A DNA stretch of 64,000 nucleotides from Octopus sinensis (taxonomy: Eukaryota). The position numbers and the translations under genes are program-made. Below the pieces are notes generated by a model that saw only the letters and a program-made list of their open reading frames with translations, was not told the origin of the DNA and made no database searches. The stretch's first letter is position 1; each line of letters begins with the position of its first letter. Shown in pieces: positions 50,437 through 63,699 of this stretch. Location of the stretch: positions 54,684,001-54,748,000 of the forward strand of contig NC_043012.1 of the NCBI RefSeq assembly GCF_006345805.1, written 5' to 3'.

Positions 50437-51421
50437 GATCCTTAAATCCTTAAAAATGTTTCAGCCCGAAAGCTGCGGCCATGCTGGGGCACCACCATTG
50501 AATGAGCTACACTAGTATGTGAAACCACCTCTGATACGTGGCACTTGATCAACAAGGGAGTTCGATGCCACTGCCCGCATCTGTGTTTCCTGCCGAGAGG
50601 TAGGTTCATCTGGGACCCCCGACAAGAAGAGATCCAGTTTAGTTTTAAAGAAACCCACATCCACACCATGCAGGTCGCTCAGGCATTTAGGAAGGATATT
50701 GAAGAGCTGTGGTCCTCTGAAACCCAAGCCATTGCAGTATCTGGTCCTGTATTTTGATGGTGATGTTGGGATCTTTGGCACCATGCAGTGGTGCCCCGTT
50801 CTGAGGTTGGAATATCTTTGAATGCCAAAGTTTGGGACAAGACCCTCCAGGATTTTCCAGATATATATCACTGCTTATCTCTCCCGCCTTTGCTCCAGGG
50901 AGAAGAGTTTTAATACTTTCAGTCTATCCCAGTAGCTGATATGTTGCATTGAGACGATCTTCTTAGTGTAACTTCGTTGAATTGCTTTGAGTTCTGTTGT
51001 TAACTTTATATTGTGTGGTGACCATAGTTGAGAGCAGTAGTCCAAGTAGCTGAGGATGAATGTCTTCCAAAGGACCATCAGTGTCTCCTCTCTTGTTCTG
51101 AAAGTTCGGAGAATCCATCCAGCTAGCCGTCTGCATTTTATCACCAAATTAGTAATATGCACTTGGAAAGATGCATCATTGCTCATGTCAATGCCCAAGT
51201 CATGCACTGATTTTGACTCAGGAATTACAATTCTTTCCGGGCCAGTGTATCCAGTCTGCATGTTGTTCACCTTTGTGTGCCGGTAGCACAGAGCCTGGAA
51301 CTTCCCTGCATTAAACTGCATGTTGTTGTCCTCAGCCCACCTGTATATTGTATCCAACTCCCATTGCAGATGTGCAATATTTCCAGGGTTTTGTATTGTG
51401 TGGGAGACTTTTGTGTCATCT
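50437..51421 (-). mobile_element. 5'-truncated CR1/L2-group LINE (RT C-terminal half + short 3'UTR)
   Basis: DDTKV..LQWELDTIYRWAEDNNMQFNAGKF..DLGI..YCSQLWSP..YWDRLKVLKLFSLEQRRER; one internal stop. Confidence 0.88.
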
Positions 51422-51689
51422 GGTGATATTCTCAAATGCAATACTTAACAAGCAGATAAGACGAAAAGTTTGATTTGCATAATGAGTTGCAAATCACTGA
51501 CTGCACTAAAGAGCCATCTCAGGAATCGCCAGTGACAATTAAACTTTATTCTGTCACTCGGTCACACTCTAACCTTTCATCATCTGACACAAGATCACCT
51601 CCTCCAATGTCCCCTCCGCTCTCAAAAATTCTTTGTCTTGCAAGTTATTCGGTGACCCTGCAAATGCTGGTGCCATGTAAAGAGCATCC

Positions 51690-52140
51690 ACTGTGAAGTG
51701 GTTGGCATTTAGAAGGGCATCCAGTTGCAAAAACCATGCCAAAACTGACCTCGCCTGTGCTGGTGCCCTGTAAAAAGCACTCAGTCCACTCTGCTGGGTG
51801 GTTGGCATTTGGAAGGGCATCCAGTTGCAAAAACCATGCCAAAACTGACCTCGCCTGTGCTGGTGCCCTGTAAAAAGCACTCAGTCCACTCTGCAGGGTG
51901 GTTGGCATTTGGAAGGGCATCCAGTTGCAAAATCCGTGCCAAAACTGACCTCGCCTGTACTGATGCCACATAAAAAGCACTCAGTTCTCTCTGTGTAATG
52001 GTTGGCGCTAGGAAGGACATCCAACTGCAAGAACCATGCCATAACTGACACAGAAGCATGGTGTGGTCTTCTACCTGGCAAACTGTCCAGCCCATGCCAG
52101 CATGGAAAGTGGGCATTAAATAATGATGATGATGATGATG
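51690..52140 (+). repeat. 100-bp tandem repeat inside an RTE-type 3' tail
   Basis: gttggc at 51701, 51801, 51901 and 52001, then ...catgccagcatggaaa..(gat)n. Confidence 0.85.
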
Positions 52141-52723
52141 ACTTCAATGTCCAGGAAGTGGTCATATTCGTATACTAATTTGACTTTCATCATGTATCAT
52201 CATTGTCATCGCCATTATCATTTTGACTTTCACTTTTCCATGCTTGCGCATGGGTCAGAGTGAGTTTACTGATGCAGATTTCTTACAGCTGGATGCCTTT
52301 CTTGTTGCCAACTCTCACCTGTTTCCAAGTAAGGTAACATTTCACCATGACTAGACATGTTTCCACGGAAACCTGCAAATGATGGTCTCCACTTCGTTTG
52401 ACAGTGACGCTCCTTTATAACTATCACATGTCAAGACAAAGGTACATGCCCCCCACATACATAAACACATGTGTCTGTAAATAGATATATGTATATGTAT
52501 ATATATGTTTGTGTATATGAATGTATGTATATACATACATTCATACATTGTCACTATTTTTCCATTCTCTCAATAATTTTCCCTTTCATCTCTTTCTGTC
52601 AATGAGCATAGGCTTGAAATGTCAAAGTCTTTTCCATTCTTCTTGAGCAGCAAACAAATACACCTGCTTGTTTTTCCTTCACCTGTCTTCAGCTTTCATT
52701 TTCAGTAAATTTAAACTATATAT

Positions 52724-53132
52724 GGATCTTTTCGGTTTGAACGGGAGTTTTTTCTAGCGGTGTCATATGAAATTGTCACCCATAATTATGATCCTAGTAT
52801 CGATCTATTGCATTTCAATCTGTTTTAGAGTTAGGGTTAGGGGTGAGGGGAAGGGTATCTTTTTTTCTTCACAAATGTAAATAAACCCAATCTGTTTCTT
52901 AAATGAGGGACATATTCATACAGCACAGAATGTTTTCACCTCAATGGACGTCATTGATTGGTTGAAATTGCAGAAATTGAAGAAAAAAAACAACAAATAT
53001 CTTACAAACTATAGAATTTTCTCAATAAAGCCAAGAGAAAAAGATGTTTTATTCTACCAGTATACGAAATTTAAAAGTGTTTAGTTACGTGGATATTATT
53101 TTAAAAAACTGCCGTTCAAGCCGAAAAGATCC
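52724..53132. mobile_element. MITE with ~28-bp TIRs in TA context
   Basis: ggatcttttcggtttgaacgggagttttt / aaaaactgccgttcaagccgaaaagatcc. Confidence 0.8.
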
Positions 53133-54471
53133 CTATATATATATATATATATATTATATAAATTAGAGACAAAACCACTATTATGCAAATCAAACAAAGA
53201 AAGACTTAAGCCAATACATAAAATAATTTATATAAATTTAGAAATTTAACAATTATAAATAACCACTACGTATGTATGTATGTATGTATGTATGTATGTA
53301 TGTATATACTTATATGTGTATATATATCTGTGTGTACAACATTTGAAGCTCATACCACCAGCAATGACCACAATTATGATTTCAGTTGACTTGACCTGTC
53401 TTCTCAAGCACAGCATATTAAAGGTCTCTGTCACTCTCTGAGGCTCAACATCCAAAGATCATTCTTCACCACCTCATCCCGTGTCTTCATGGGTCTACCT
53501 CTTCTACAGATTCCCTCCATAGTTAAAGATCGGCACTTATATCTATATATATATATATATATATATATACATACGTGTGTGTGTATATATATATATATAT
53601 ATCAGAGCAGTAAATTATATATGTGTGTGTGTGGCTGTGTGGTAAGTAGCTTGCTAACGAACCACATGGTTCCAGGTTCAGTCCCACTGCGTGGCACCTT
53701 GGGCAAGTATCTTCTACTATAGCCTCGGGCTGACCAATACCTTGTGAGTGGATTTGGTAGACGGAAACTGAAAGAAGCCCGTCGTATATATATATGTGTG
53801 TGTGTCTGTGTTTGTCCCCCCAACATCACTTGACAACCAATGGTGGCGTGTTTACATCCCCGTAACTTAGCGGTTCGGCAAAATAGACCGATAGAATAAG
53901 TACTAGGCTTACAAAGAATAAGTCTTGGGGTTGATTTGTTTGACTAAAGGCGGTGCTCCAGCATGGCCACAGTCAAATGACTGAAACAAGTAAAAGAATA
54001 AAAGAATAGTTCAAATTTACAGAAAACAAAAGACAAAGGCAGATGATAGAACAACAAGCAGATGTACTTGATGCTTAGGAAGAACGGAAAAATCTTTGAC
54101 ACTTCGAATCTACACTCTGCAACAGAAAGGGTTGAGAGGAAAAAAAATGGAAAGTGAATGAAAAAAAAAAAACAGAGAGAAAAAATGTGTAGGGATTAAT
54201 GGTTTAACATAATGAATACAAACACACACACACAGATATATATATATATATATATAATGTCTGGCAGTCCAGGGTTGTGGAATAATGGAATAGCAACACG
54301 CAATCTTCTCTTGTGAAAATTTTAGAAATTATAAAATCTGAAATGTTGAAGACCTCAGCAATAAAGAGGCTGACTGATTTTCTGTTCTGAAGAAATTATT
54401 TAATTAAACTGAATTCTTTTTTTTTTTTTACTTTATAATGTTAATATTTTTATTTTCAATTTTTATTCAAG

Positions 54472-54556
54472 CGACTCTTTGGCAGCAGTCTTATTAAAGA
54501 AGTATCAGAGAATTTGAGTTTAAGATCCAGAAGTTTTCTAACCCCAACAAATAAGA
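54472..54556 (+). CDS. Probable tail exon (RLFGSSLIKEVSENLSLRSRSFLTPTNK)
   Basis: T-rich tract + aag acceptor, gtatgt donor, phase 0-1, open. Confidence 0.65.
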
Positions 54557-56489
54557 GTATGTATGATTATTTTTCTCCCCATATCATTTCCTTTTTATGT
54601 TTGTTTTTTTTTTTTCAATTCTAGCATGGGTTAGATGAAATGTTACTAAGACATTGTTTTTTTTTGCTACCAGATGTCTTTCCTGATACTAACAATTACC
54701 TGTTTTTCTAGAAAAGTGATGGGATGTTCACAGATCAAATACCTTTGATTATAGATCTGCTCAATCAAGGGTGATACTGAATTAAACAACAACAACAACC
54801 TCTATGTGGTTGCTTGACCAGCTAGAAATAGCAACTAAATCTCCTGCAACTTAAGTTTTACTATAAAAAGACAGCCCACGTTGATGAATATAGCTGGAGA
54901 TATACAAGTTGATGGAATAGGCACTGATGAAATACCTTTAATAATAGTTCTATTCAGTTAGGGATTACAACAGTAGAATTTTTTTTGTGTGTGTGTGTGT
55001 GTGTTTCTCTTATTTCCAAATCAGAAGTATCCATAAATGGGTGATTGAAGGAAGAGATATACAGCCTAATTTTCCTCAAATCATATGCTGGTGTAGGTCG
55101 GATGGGTTGCAACGTGGTCCAAGCCTCTCACATGACATTCTGTTTTGGCATGGTTTCCATGACTGTATGCCCTTCCTAACACCAAGCACTGTACAGAGGG
55201 TACTGGGTACTGTTTATTGTGGTACCAGTGCTAAAGATGTTGTCATATCCTTGACAAGACACAGGCATTGTTGTGCAGTTAAGAAACTCATTCTGCAACT
55301 GCATAGTTTCAGTTTCAGTCCCACTGCACAGCACACTGGGCAAGTATCTTCTACTGGAGCCCTGGGTTGACCAATGCTCTGTGAGTAAATTTGGTAGAAG
55401 GAAACTATGATGAAGCCTGTTATGTGTGTGTGTCTCATGTTTGTCCCCACCACCACTTGATAACTGATTTTGGTTTGATTACATCCCCATAACTTAGTGG
55501 TTCAGCAAATGTGACTGATAGAATAAGTGTCAGACTTAAAAAGATAAATACAGGAGTCAATCTGTCTGACTAGAATCTTCAAGGTGATGCCCCAGCATGG
55601 CCACAGTCCAAAGACTGAAACAAGTAAAAAAGATTAAGTCAAAAAGTCAGGATGAAAGGGCCCTCTCCACCCTGCATCATCTCTGTTCATTTGCCAGTCA
55701 CATTACAGCATTAACCACTACGTCTTATTGCACCAACACCAGTGAGGTTACCTTGTAGCCTGCAAAGCAAAATAGGATTCCTCCAACTGTGCTGAGGAGG
55801 GATGAGGAGCATGTTCTGAAGAGGGTGCTAGAGTCTGAGGTAAATGGACAACAAAAGCCAGGTAGACTGAGGAAAAGGTGGAGGATTGGTTTGAGAAGGG
55901 AGGATGCCCAAAACTGGGCAAGACGGTGTGAGGGCGGTTACTATGGTATTGAGGTAAATCCAACCACCCCCGTTAACAGGGATAAAACCTGAATTTAAAA
56001 TGATGGATGATGATGATGATGATGATAATTCTTGCCAAATACTGAAAAGTCACTGCTGGGATGCATCATATTCCAGATGAGAGCTAACCTGGGGTTAAAT
56101 CACAGCATTACAAACTGCCTCCTATGCACTAAATGAACTTTTACTTGACTTGCAGACATATTGAGGCAGAGTCTCGAGGGATTTTAGTAAAACTAAACAA
56201 CCCTCTTTTGCTGAACCGCTAAGTTACAGGAATGTAAACACACTAACACCAGTTATCAAGTAGTGGCGGGGGACAAACACAGACATACAGACACACATGC
56301 CAGCATGGACTATATATATATAGGTGCAAGCGTGGCTGTGTTGTAAGAAGTTTGCTTCGCAACCTCATGGTTCTGGGTTCAGTCCCACTGTCTGGCCCCC
56401 TGGGCAAGTCTCTTCTATTATAGCCTCAGGCCAACCAAAGCCTTGTGAGTGGATTTGGTAGATGGAAACTGAAAGAAGCCCATCGTGTA

Positions 56490-56520
<31 letters not shown>

Positions 56521-59500
56521 TCTTCTTTCAACCTCTTTTCATCTACTTACTATTCTTGCACAGATTATTATTCTTTTCATTATTCTGTTTCATTCAGTAA
56601 GATGCCATCATGTAAATATACTTTTCTATAGTCTCATCTTCCTTGTCGTTCCCTAAGATAACCTTATATTCATCGATTCACTCAGTTATTAAAGTCTCAT
56701 CACACAGCCACTTCTCCAGACCCTCTTCCTAGTAGAAGTGCGTCCGCCCTCCCAACCCCTCCACCTGTATTGGAAGTTTCTATCCTTTGCCTTCCCTGGG
56801 TTGCCTCCCACGAACACTGCAAAAGACATTTCGCCATCCCCACCCCCAGTCTCGGGCTATCTCTTATGTAAGGTAATGATCATATAGTGCAAAATATAAA
56901 AGGGTAGTGTTATACAGGTTGAAGTGAAGGCTACTGTATTGCTTGCTCATGAATTCTGCCAAATGCGAGTTTTCTTTTCAGGTACACGAAACTACTGTCC
57001 CCCGTCCCAGGGTCTCTAGGGCCCATACCTCCCACACGCTCAGGGTTGGCACCCTGAAAGGTAGGTCTGGCGAGATTGTTGCAATGCTTGAACAAAGATG
57101 TGTTGATATGTGTTGCATCCAAGAAGTAAGATGGCGAGGAAGTTCTGCTACGTTCCTCACAGGCAAAGAACACAGGTACAAGATTTTCTGGGCTGGGAAC
57201 ACTGATGGGGTCGGGGGCGTGGGTATACTTCTTGCTGAAAAATGGGTAGATAAGGTAATTGAGGTAGTCAGAGTATGCGACAGAATACTTAAGATTAGAT
57301 TAGTGCTTCATCATGGATTAGCAACCATTATATCGGCCTATGCCCCTCAGCCAGGGCTACCCGATGGACAGAAAGACCGATTCTATGACACCCTACTGCA
57401 GACTACCTCGTTGACGAACGACAGGGACCTTCTCTTTGTGGCTGGTGACTTCAAAGGGCATGTTGGACAACATGCTGGGGGCTTCCATGGTGTACATGGA
57501 GGCTACGGTTATGGTTCCTGCAACAAGGAGGGAACCAGGCTGCTGGAGTTCTGCGATGCAAATGATCTTATGGTTTGCAACACTAACTTCAGGAAACCTA
57601 CCCGCCACCTATTTACCTACCGATCAGGCCGACATACTAGCCAAATTGACAACATCCTTGCCAGAAAAAGGGAAAGATGGTTGCTTATAAATGCCAAAAC
57701 CTTCCCAGGCGAAGAATGTACCCAACAACATAGACTGGTAGTTAGTGACTTTAGGATCAGGACTAAGAGGACGACCAGCAGACGACCAACATGGAGAACA
57801 AGGGTCTGGAAGCTTAAAGATCCTGCGAATGGACAGAGATTTAGGGACATATTACTTGAAGCCTTTGACGAAATAGAAGAGGGTATAGCTTCACATGGGG
57901 TAGAAGACAACTGGAGGTTCCTACAGGACAACCTGCTGAGAGCCACTGACCAGATCTGTGGATGGTGCAAAGTCCCCTCTCGACCCAAAATAACGTGTTG
58001 GGAGAACAATGTTGTAGACAGGTCTGTTACAAAAAAGAGACAGGCTTGGAAGGACTGGAAGAATGGTGGTAGCAGGGAATCGTATCAGACTGCCAGAAGA
58101 GAAGCTAGGAGACAGGTTTATTTAGCCAGAGGGGAAGCAGATAAGAAAAAATTTGCCAATGTTCTGCGCCGTGAGGACCAAAGACTTGAGGTATTTCATG
58201 TTGCAAGACAGTCTGTGAGAGAAAATCGTGATGTTGTAGGTGAGAAATGTGTCTGCATGGATGATGGTTCTCTTGCAGTAAATGAGGCTGCAAAGAGAGA
58301 GGTTTGGAGATGCCACTATGAAAGGTTGCTGAACAAAGAAAATGAATGGGAGAAAGAGAGTCTGCCGATTGTCGACCCAACAGAGGGACCAGCTATCTGA
58401 GTTGACAGTACCTTGGTAGTTAAAGCAATTAAAAGTATGAAGACAGGGAAAGCCCCCGGCCCATCAGGAATTACTGCAGAGATGCTCAAAATATCTGGCA
58501 GTGTTGGCATTAGCCTGGCCACCTGTATAGTTAACCAGGTGATACACAAAGGAGTCATACCCAATGACTGGTGTAGCAGCATAATAGTCAACTGCTACAA
58601 AGGAAAAGGTGATGCTTTAGATACAAATAATTACAGATGTATCAAGCTCTTGGATCAGGTAATGAAAATCACGGAGAGGGTCATAGCCCAACTAATTAGG
58701 GAGAGAGTCGGTTTGGATGAGATGCAGTTTGGTTTCGTGCCAGGGAAAAGCACCACTGATGCTATATTTCTGGTTAGACAGCTGCAGGAGAAATACCTAG
58801 CCTTGTTGACATGGAGAAAGCCTTTGACAGGGTCCCCCGATCCCTTATCTGGTGGTCAATGAGGAAACTAGGGATAGATAAATAGTTAGTGAGAGCCATG
58901 CAAACCATGTACAGGGACGCTGTCAGTAAGATGAGGGTTGGCAACAAGTACAGTGAAGAATTCCGGGTAGAGGTAGCGTTCCACCAAAGTTCAGCCCTCA
59001 GTCCCCTCCTATTTATCATAGTCCCCCAGGCAATAACGGAGGAATTCAAGACAGGATGCCCCTGGGAGTTCCTCTATGCTGATGACCTTGCTCTAATTGC
59101 TGAGTCACTAACAGAACTAGAGGAGAAGTTTCAAGTGTGGAAACAAGGATTAGAACGGAAGGGCCTTAGAGTCAACCTAGCTAAAACCAAAGTCCTAATA
59201 AGTAGGAAGGCAGGCAAACCACAAATCCCTTCAGGTAGATGGCCCTGCTCGATCTGTAGAAAAGGCGTAGGTAGAAACTCTATAAGATGTACCCAGTGTA
59301 AGCTATGGACACATAAGAGGTGCAGCAGTATCAAAGGAAGGCTAACTGGGAGGATAGTTTTCGTATGTGGCAGCTGCTCGGGAGCTATAAATAACACTGA
59401 AAATGTGCAGAGAACAACTTCCGCCACATTCCAGGGAGAAAAACTAGAAGTAGTTGATAGCTTCCATTACCTAGGTGACCAAGTCAGTAGCGAGGGAGGG

Positions 59501-60580
59501 TGCACTGAAAGTGTAGCTGCTAGAATAAGAATAGCCTGGGCTAAGTTCAGAGAGCACTTACCTCTGCTGGTGACAAAGGGCCTCTCGCTCAGAGTAAAAG
59601 GTAGACTGTACGATGCATGTGTACAAACAGCCATGCTACATGGCAGTGAAACATGGGCTGTGACTGCTGAGGATGTGCGCAAGCTTGCAAGGAATGAAGC
59701 CAGCATGCTCCGATGGATGTGTAATGTCAGTGTGCATACTCAACAGAAGCCTTGAGAGAAAGGTTGGGCCTAAGAAGCATCAGATGTGGTGTGCAAGAGA
59801 GACGACTGCGCTGGTATAGTAATGTGGTGAGAATGGATATGGATAGCTGTGTGAAAAAGTGCCACACCCTAGCTGTTAAGGGAACCTGTGGAAGAGGTAG
59901 ACCCAGGAAGACCTGGGATGAGGTGGTGAAGCATGACCTTCAAACATTGGGCCTCACCGAGGCAGTGACCAGGACCTCTGGAAATATGCTGTGATGCAGA
60001 AGACTCGGCAAGCGCAAGTGTGACCATAACCTTGTCGCCTATGCTAGGGGTGTAACCAGTCCACTTATGCGTGCCTCTTCTTCACTGGACACTAAACTCT
60101 GCTTGCGAAGACCAGTAGAGGCAAGTGAAATCGAAGTCGAAATCAAACTCAGTAACTGGCATCCGTTGCTAGTGGAGCAATAAGAGTACCATATGAGTGA
60201 GATCGTTGCCAGAGCAACAAGCTGGCCTTAGTGCCGATGGCATGTTTAAGCACACCATTCGAGCGTGATCGTTACTGCATCGCCTTACTAGCACTTGTGC
60301 ATGTGAAATATTCGAGCAAGGTTGTCACCAGTGCCGCTGAACTGGCTCCTGTGCAGATGGCACGTAAAAAGCACCATTTAGGCGTGGCCATTGCCAGTAC
60401 CACTAAACTGGCCCTCATGCTGGTGGCACATAAAAGCACCCACTACACTCTCAGAGTCGTTGACGTTAGGAAGGGCATCCAGCTGTAGAAACTCTGCTAG
60501 ATCAGATTGGAGTCTGGTTCGCCAGTCCTCAGTCAAATCGTCCAACCCATGCTAGCATGCAAAACGGATGTTAAATGATA
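56521..60580 (+). mobile_element. Near full-length, inactivated RTE LINE (APE endonuclease - RT with PHD-like finger), inserted into the TA core of a family A SINE (56322-56520 / 60583-60792)
   Basis: CIQEVRW, SAYAPQ, AGDF.GHVG, SQID, KAPGPSGI, QFGF, YADD; stops at 58398 and ~58883; frameshifts at ~58800 and ~59745. Confidence 0.93.
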
Positions 60581-61471
60581 ATATGTATGTGTATGTATGT
60601 ATTTGTGTGTCTGTGTTTGTCCCCCCCACCATCACTTGACAACTGACGTTGGTGTGTTTACATCCCCATAACTTAGAGGTCTGGCAAAAGAGATCAATAG
60701 AATAAGTACTGGGCTTACAAAAAATAAGCCTTGGGGTCGATTTGTTCAACTAAAGGTGGTGCTCCAGCAAGTTGGCTGAAACAAGTAAAAGAATATACAC
60801 ACACACGCAATGGGCTTCTTTGAGTTTCCATCTACCAAATCCACTCACAAAACACTTGCACAAGATACCACTGCAGTGGGATTGAACTCGGGGACATGTG
60901 GTTGGGAAGCAAACTTCTTACCTGTGCCTGCGCCTATATACACTTACCACACAGCCATACCTAAGCTTATATCTGATCTTTATAAAGTTAAAGTCTAAAC
61001 ATCAATATGAGTTTAAGAGAGGAGAGTTCTACATGGGTGAACAGACAGAATAATGGACAATCAGCAGAGAACTGACTGGCTTGAATTCTGTGGCCGTATG
61101 GCAGAGGTGGGGAAACCCCTGCCAAAGAGTCCATTTTATTGTGCCCACAGGCTGGTATACTTGTATATACTAAATATAGTAAATTTTTCAATTATAAAAT
61201 CTCTACACTATTCGTATGCCTATTTGTGACATAGATTGCGTTTCCACTATGACTTAAAATGGTAAGATTCAAACAGAAAATAGTCTGGTAATTGCCATTT
61301 GAATGGATATTTTGTTTTCACTATAAAACACATATTGCTAAATTTGTACCACTCCCTTGCGATCCAACTACACTCTAGCTGAAAAATATAAAATATCTCA
61401 TAAGTAATATAAACATCCTAAATTCAGTGGTGGTGTTAATGAAGATGTTACATATTAACTTAATGTCTTAA

Positions 61472-61692
61472 CCCTTTCGTTACCAACCCGGCTGAAACCG
61501 GCTCTGGCTCTGTAGTACAAATGTCATGTTTTCATAAGTTTTGAATTAAAATCTTCCACCAAACCTTAGTCAAAATTTAGGTTCCTAATACTAGCTTAAT
61601 GATAACTAAGTTATTTTACTAAATTCTTTGTTATATTTAAAATAATTAAAAGAAACACAGAGCATCTCAAAATAAATACAGTAACGAAAGGG
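61472..61692. mobile_element. piggyBac-like MITE
   Basis: TTAA TSD on both sides; TIR ccctttcgttac / gtaacgaaaggg. Confidence 0.85.
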
Positions 61693-62348
61693 TTAAACTT
61701 ATCTTTATTAATGTATACCGAACTATATATAGATATATACAAGATTTACACAGTATAAGAGTTAGAACTTGTGATCTTCTGCTTTACAAATTTTTGCTCA
61801 CCACACTAAAAAAGTTTCCCCACCTCTGCTGTATGGTACCCAGGGCCAAAATACTTAACCTTGAATGGTTATATTCACCTAACAAGGACACCTCTACATG
61901 GTAGATTAATTACTAACAAGCAGACAATAGTAGGCCCAGCACCTTTTTATACATGCTTTCACCCAATTCTTAGGACCAACTACCTGTTCTTAGGATGGAA
62001 ATATTATTGACTGCCATTGGAATGGAAGTGTTCTCCCAACTTCAGTCATTGGAAGTCAATGAGAGAGCTCCTATGTGGTTGCTTGACTTTGTTATAAATA
62101 GCAGCCAATTCTCTCTGTAATCACACTCTATCTGGGATCACTGCAGAACATAAGGACAGGATGGGTACAGATGGAATATTTTTTATCATTGATCTGCTAA
62201 GTCAGGGTTGATCTAAAATGAAACAACAACCTCTATCAGCATTGACCTGGGGCTAAACAATTCAAAGGTTCTTTCACACACACATACACACTCATATATA
62301 TATATATATATATATAATGTAATTGATGTTTTTTTTTTTATATTTCAG

Positions 62349-62518
62349 AATACTTAGATCTTAATCAGGCCTTGATGAACCCATCATTCAGAAAACCAAC
62401 TCTTCCTTTAAATTTTGATGTCACAATATCTCCAATAACTTCTAAAAAGATTCTCTACAACAAAACTGATGACAATTTATCATCATATAACATGAGACAC
62501 TTGGGTTTCTTAAAGTGA
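62349..62518 (+). CDS. Probable terminal coding exon (YLDLNQALMNPSFRKP...HLGFLK*)
   Basis: tttcag acceptor; 55 open codons in the phase-1 frame inherited from the previous exon; ends in TGA. Confidence 0.72.
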
Positions 62519-62704
62519 AAAATGTATAAAGTTTATCAAAAAAAAAAAAAACAATGATTGCTGTTCTTATTTTGTATTTCACTCATGAAAAAAAAAAACC
62601 TAAAAATATTTATTAGAAAGAAAGAACGGAAGCGGTTCGACAATGGTTGACCAATTCAATTTGGTGCCAGAGTACAACTGGTCAACAATCCAAGGTCCAT
62701 TATA

Positions 62705-63305
62705 TTGTTCTTTTCTACTCTAGGCACAAGGCCCGAAATTTTTGGGGAGGGTGCCAGTCAATTAGATTAACCCCAGTACGCAACTGGTACTTAATTTATT
62801 GACTTCGAAAAGATGAAAGACTAAGTCAACCTCAGCGAAATTTGAACTCAGAATATAAAGACAGACAAAATACAGTAAGCATTTCGCCCAGCATGCTAAT
62901 ATTTCTGTTTCTTTACTACCCACAGAGGGGACAAACAAGGACAGAAAATGGATAAGTCGATTACATCGACCTCAGTGCATAACTGATACTTAATTTATCG
63001 ACCCCGAAAGGATGAGAGGCAAAGTCGACCTCGGCAGAATTTGAACTCAGAACGTAATGGCAGACGAAATACCTATTTCTTTACTACCCACAAGGGGCTA
63101 AACACAGAGGGGACAAACAAGGACAGAAAATGGATAAGTCGATTACATCGACCTCAGTGCGTAACTGATACTTAATTTATCAACCCCGAAAGGATGAGAG
63201 GCAAAGTCGACCTCAGCAGAATTTGAACTCAGAACGTAACGGCAGATGAAATACAGCTATGCATTTTGCCTGGCGTGCTAACGTTTCTGCCAACTCGCCG
63301 CCTTA
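62705..63305 (-). repeat. Tandem/chimeric array of family B SINE units
   Basis: Three reiterations of ...gaaagga..aggcaaagtcgacctc.gcagaatttgaactcagaac... Confidence 0.75.
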
Positions 63306-63699
63306 AGGTCATTACTTTGTTACTATCGATATGGTTGTGAAGTTAAGAAGCTTACTTTGCAACCATGTGGTTTTGGGTTCAGTCCCACTGTGTGACACCT
63401 TGGGCAAATGTTTTCTACTAGACCTTTGAGCAAACCCATGTCTTGTGAATGAATTTGACAGACTTGGAAAGCGGATGTTAAACGATGATGATGATCCAGA
63501 TGGTCATACTTGGAATGCCTTTCATTATTGAATTTGCTCATTCAGAGTACATTTGGAAAACAACTAGCAAAGATTTGTCTCTCATACATTACTCAGTGGT
63601 CCTCAGCCATTTTTTGCCAATGGAACCGATTGAATCCTGTTTTACTCTGCCTCCATGTTAAAAAAAATCTTATATTTTTATAATTAAATAGTTTAGGAA

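Larger units (their letters stand above)
4634..62518 (+). other. Spliced gene, 5'-incomplete: cytosolic carboxypeptidase 2/3-like (AGBL2/AGBL3 family, M14D zinc carboxypeptidase / tubulin deglutamylase); 15 exons in window
   Basis: Hand-spliced exons give [59 protein letters not shown] and GSDSS motifs in the order known for CCP2/3. Intron phases agree through to a terminal stop, except for one 1-nt gap in the 12792 exon. Confidence 0.92.

Noticed and set aside
62519-62552. A-run after the stop codon suggesting a processed retrocopy
   Set aside because: The gene has many introns; this is a genomic A-tract in the 3'UTR.
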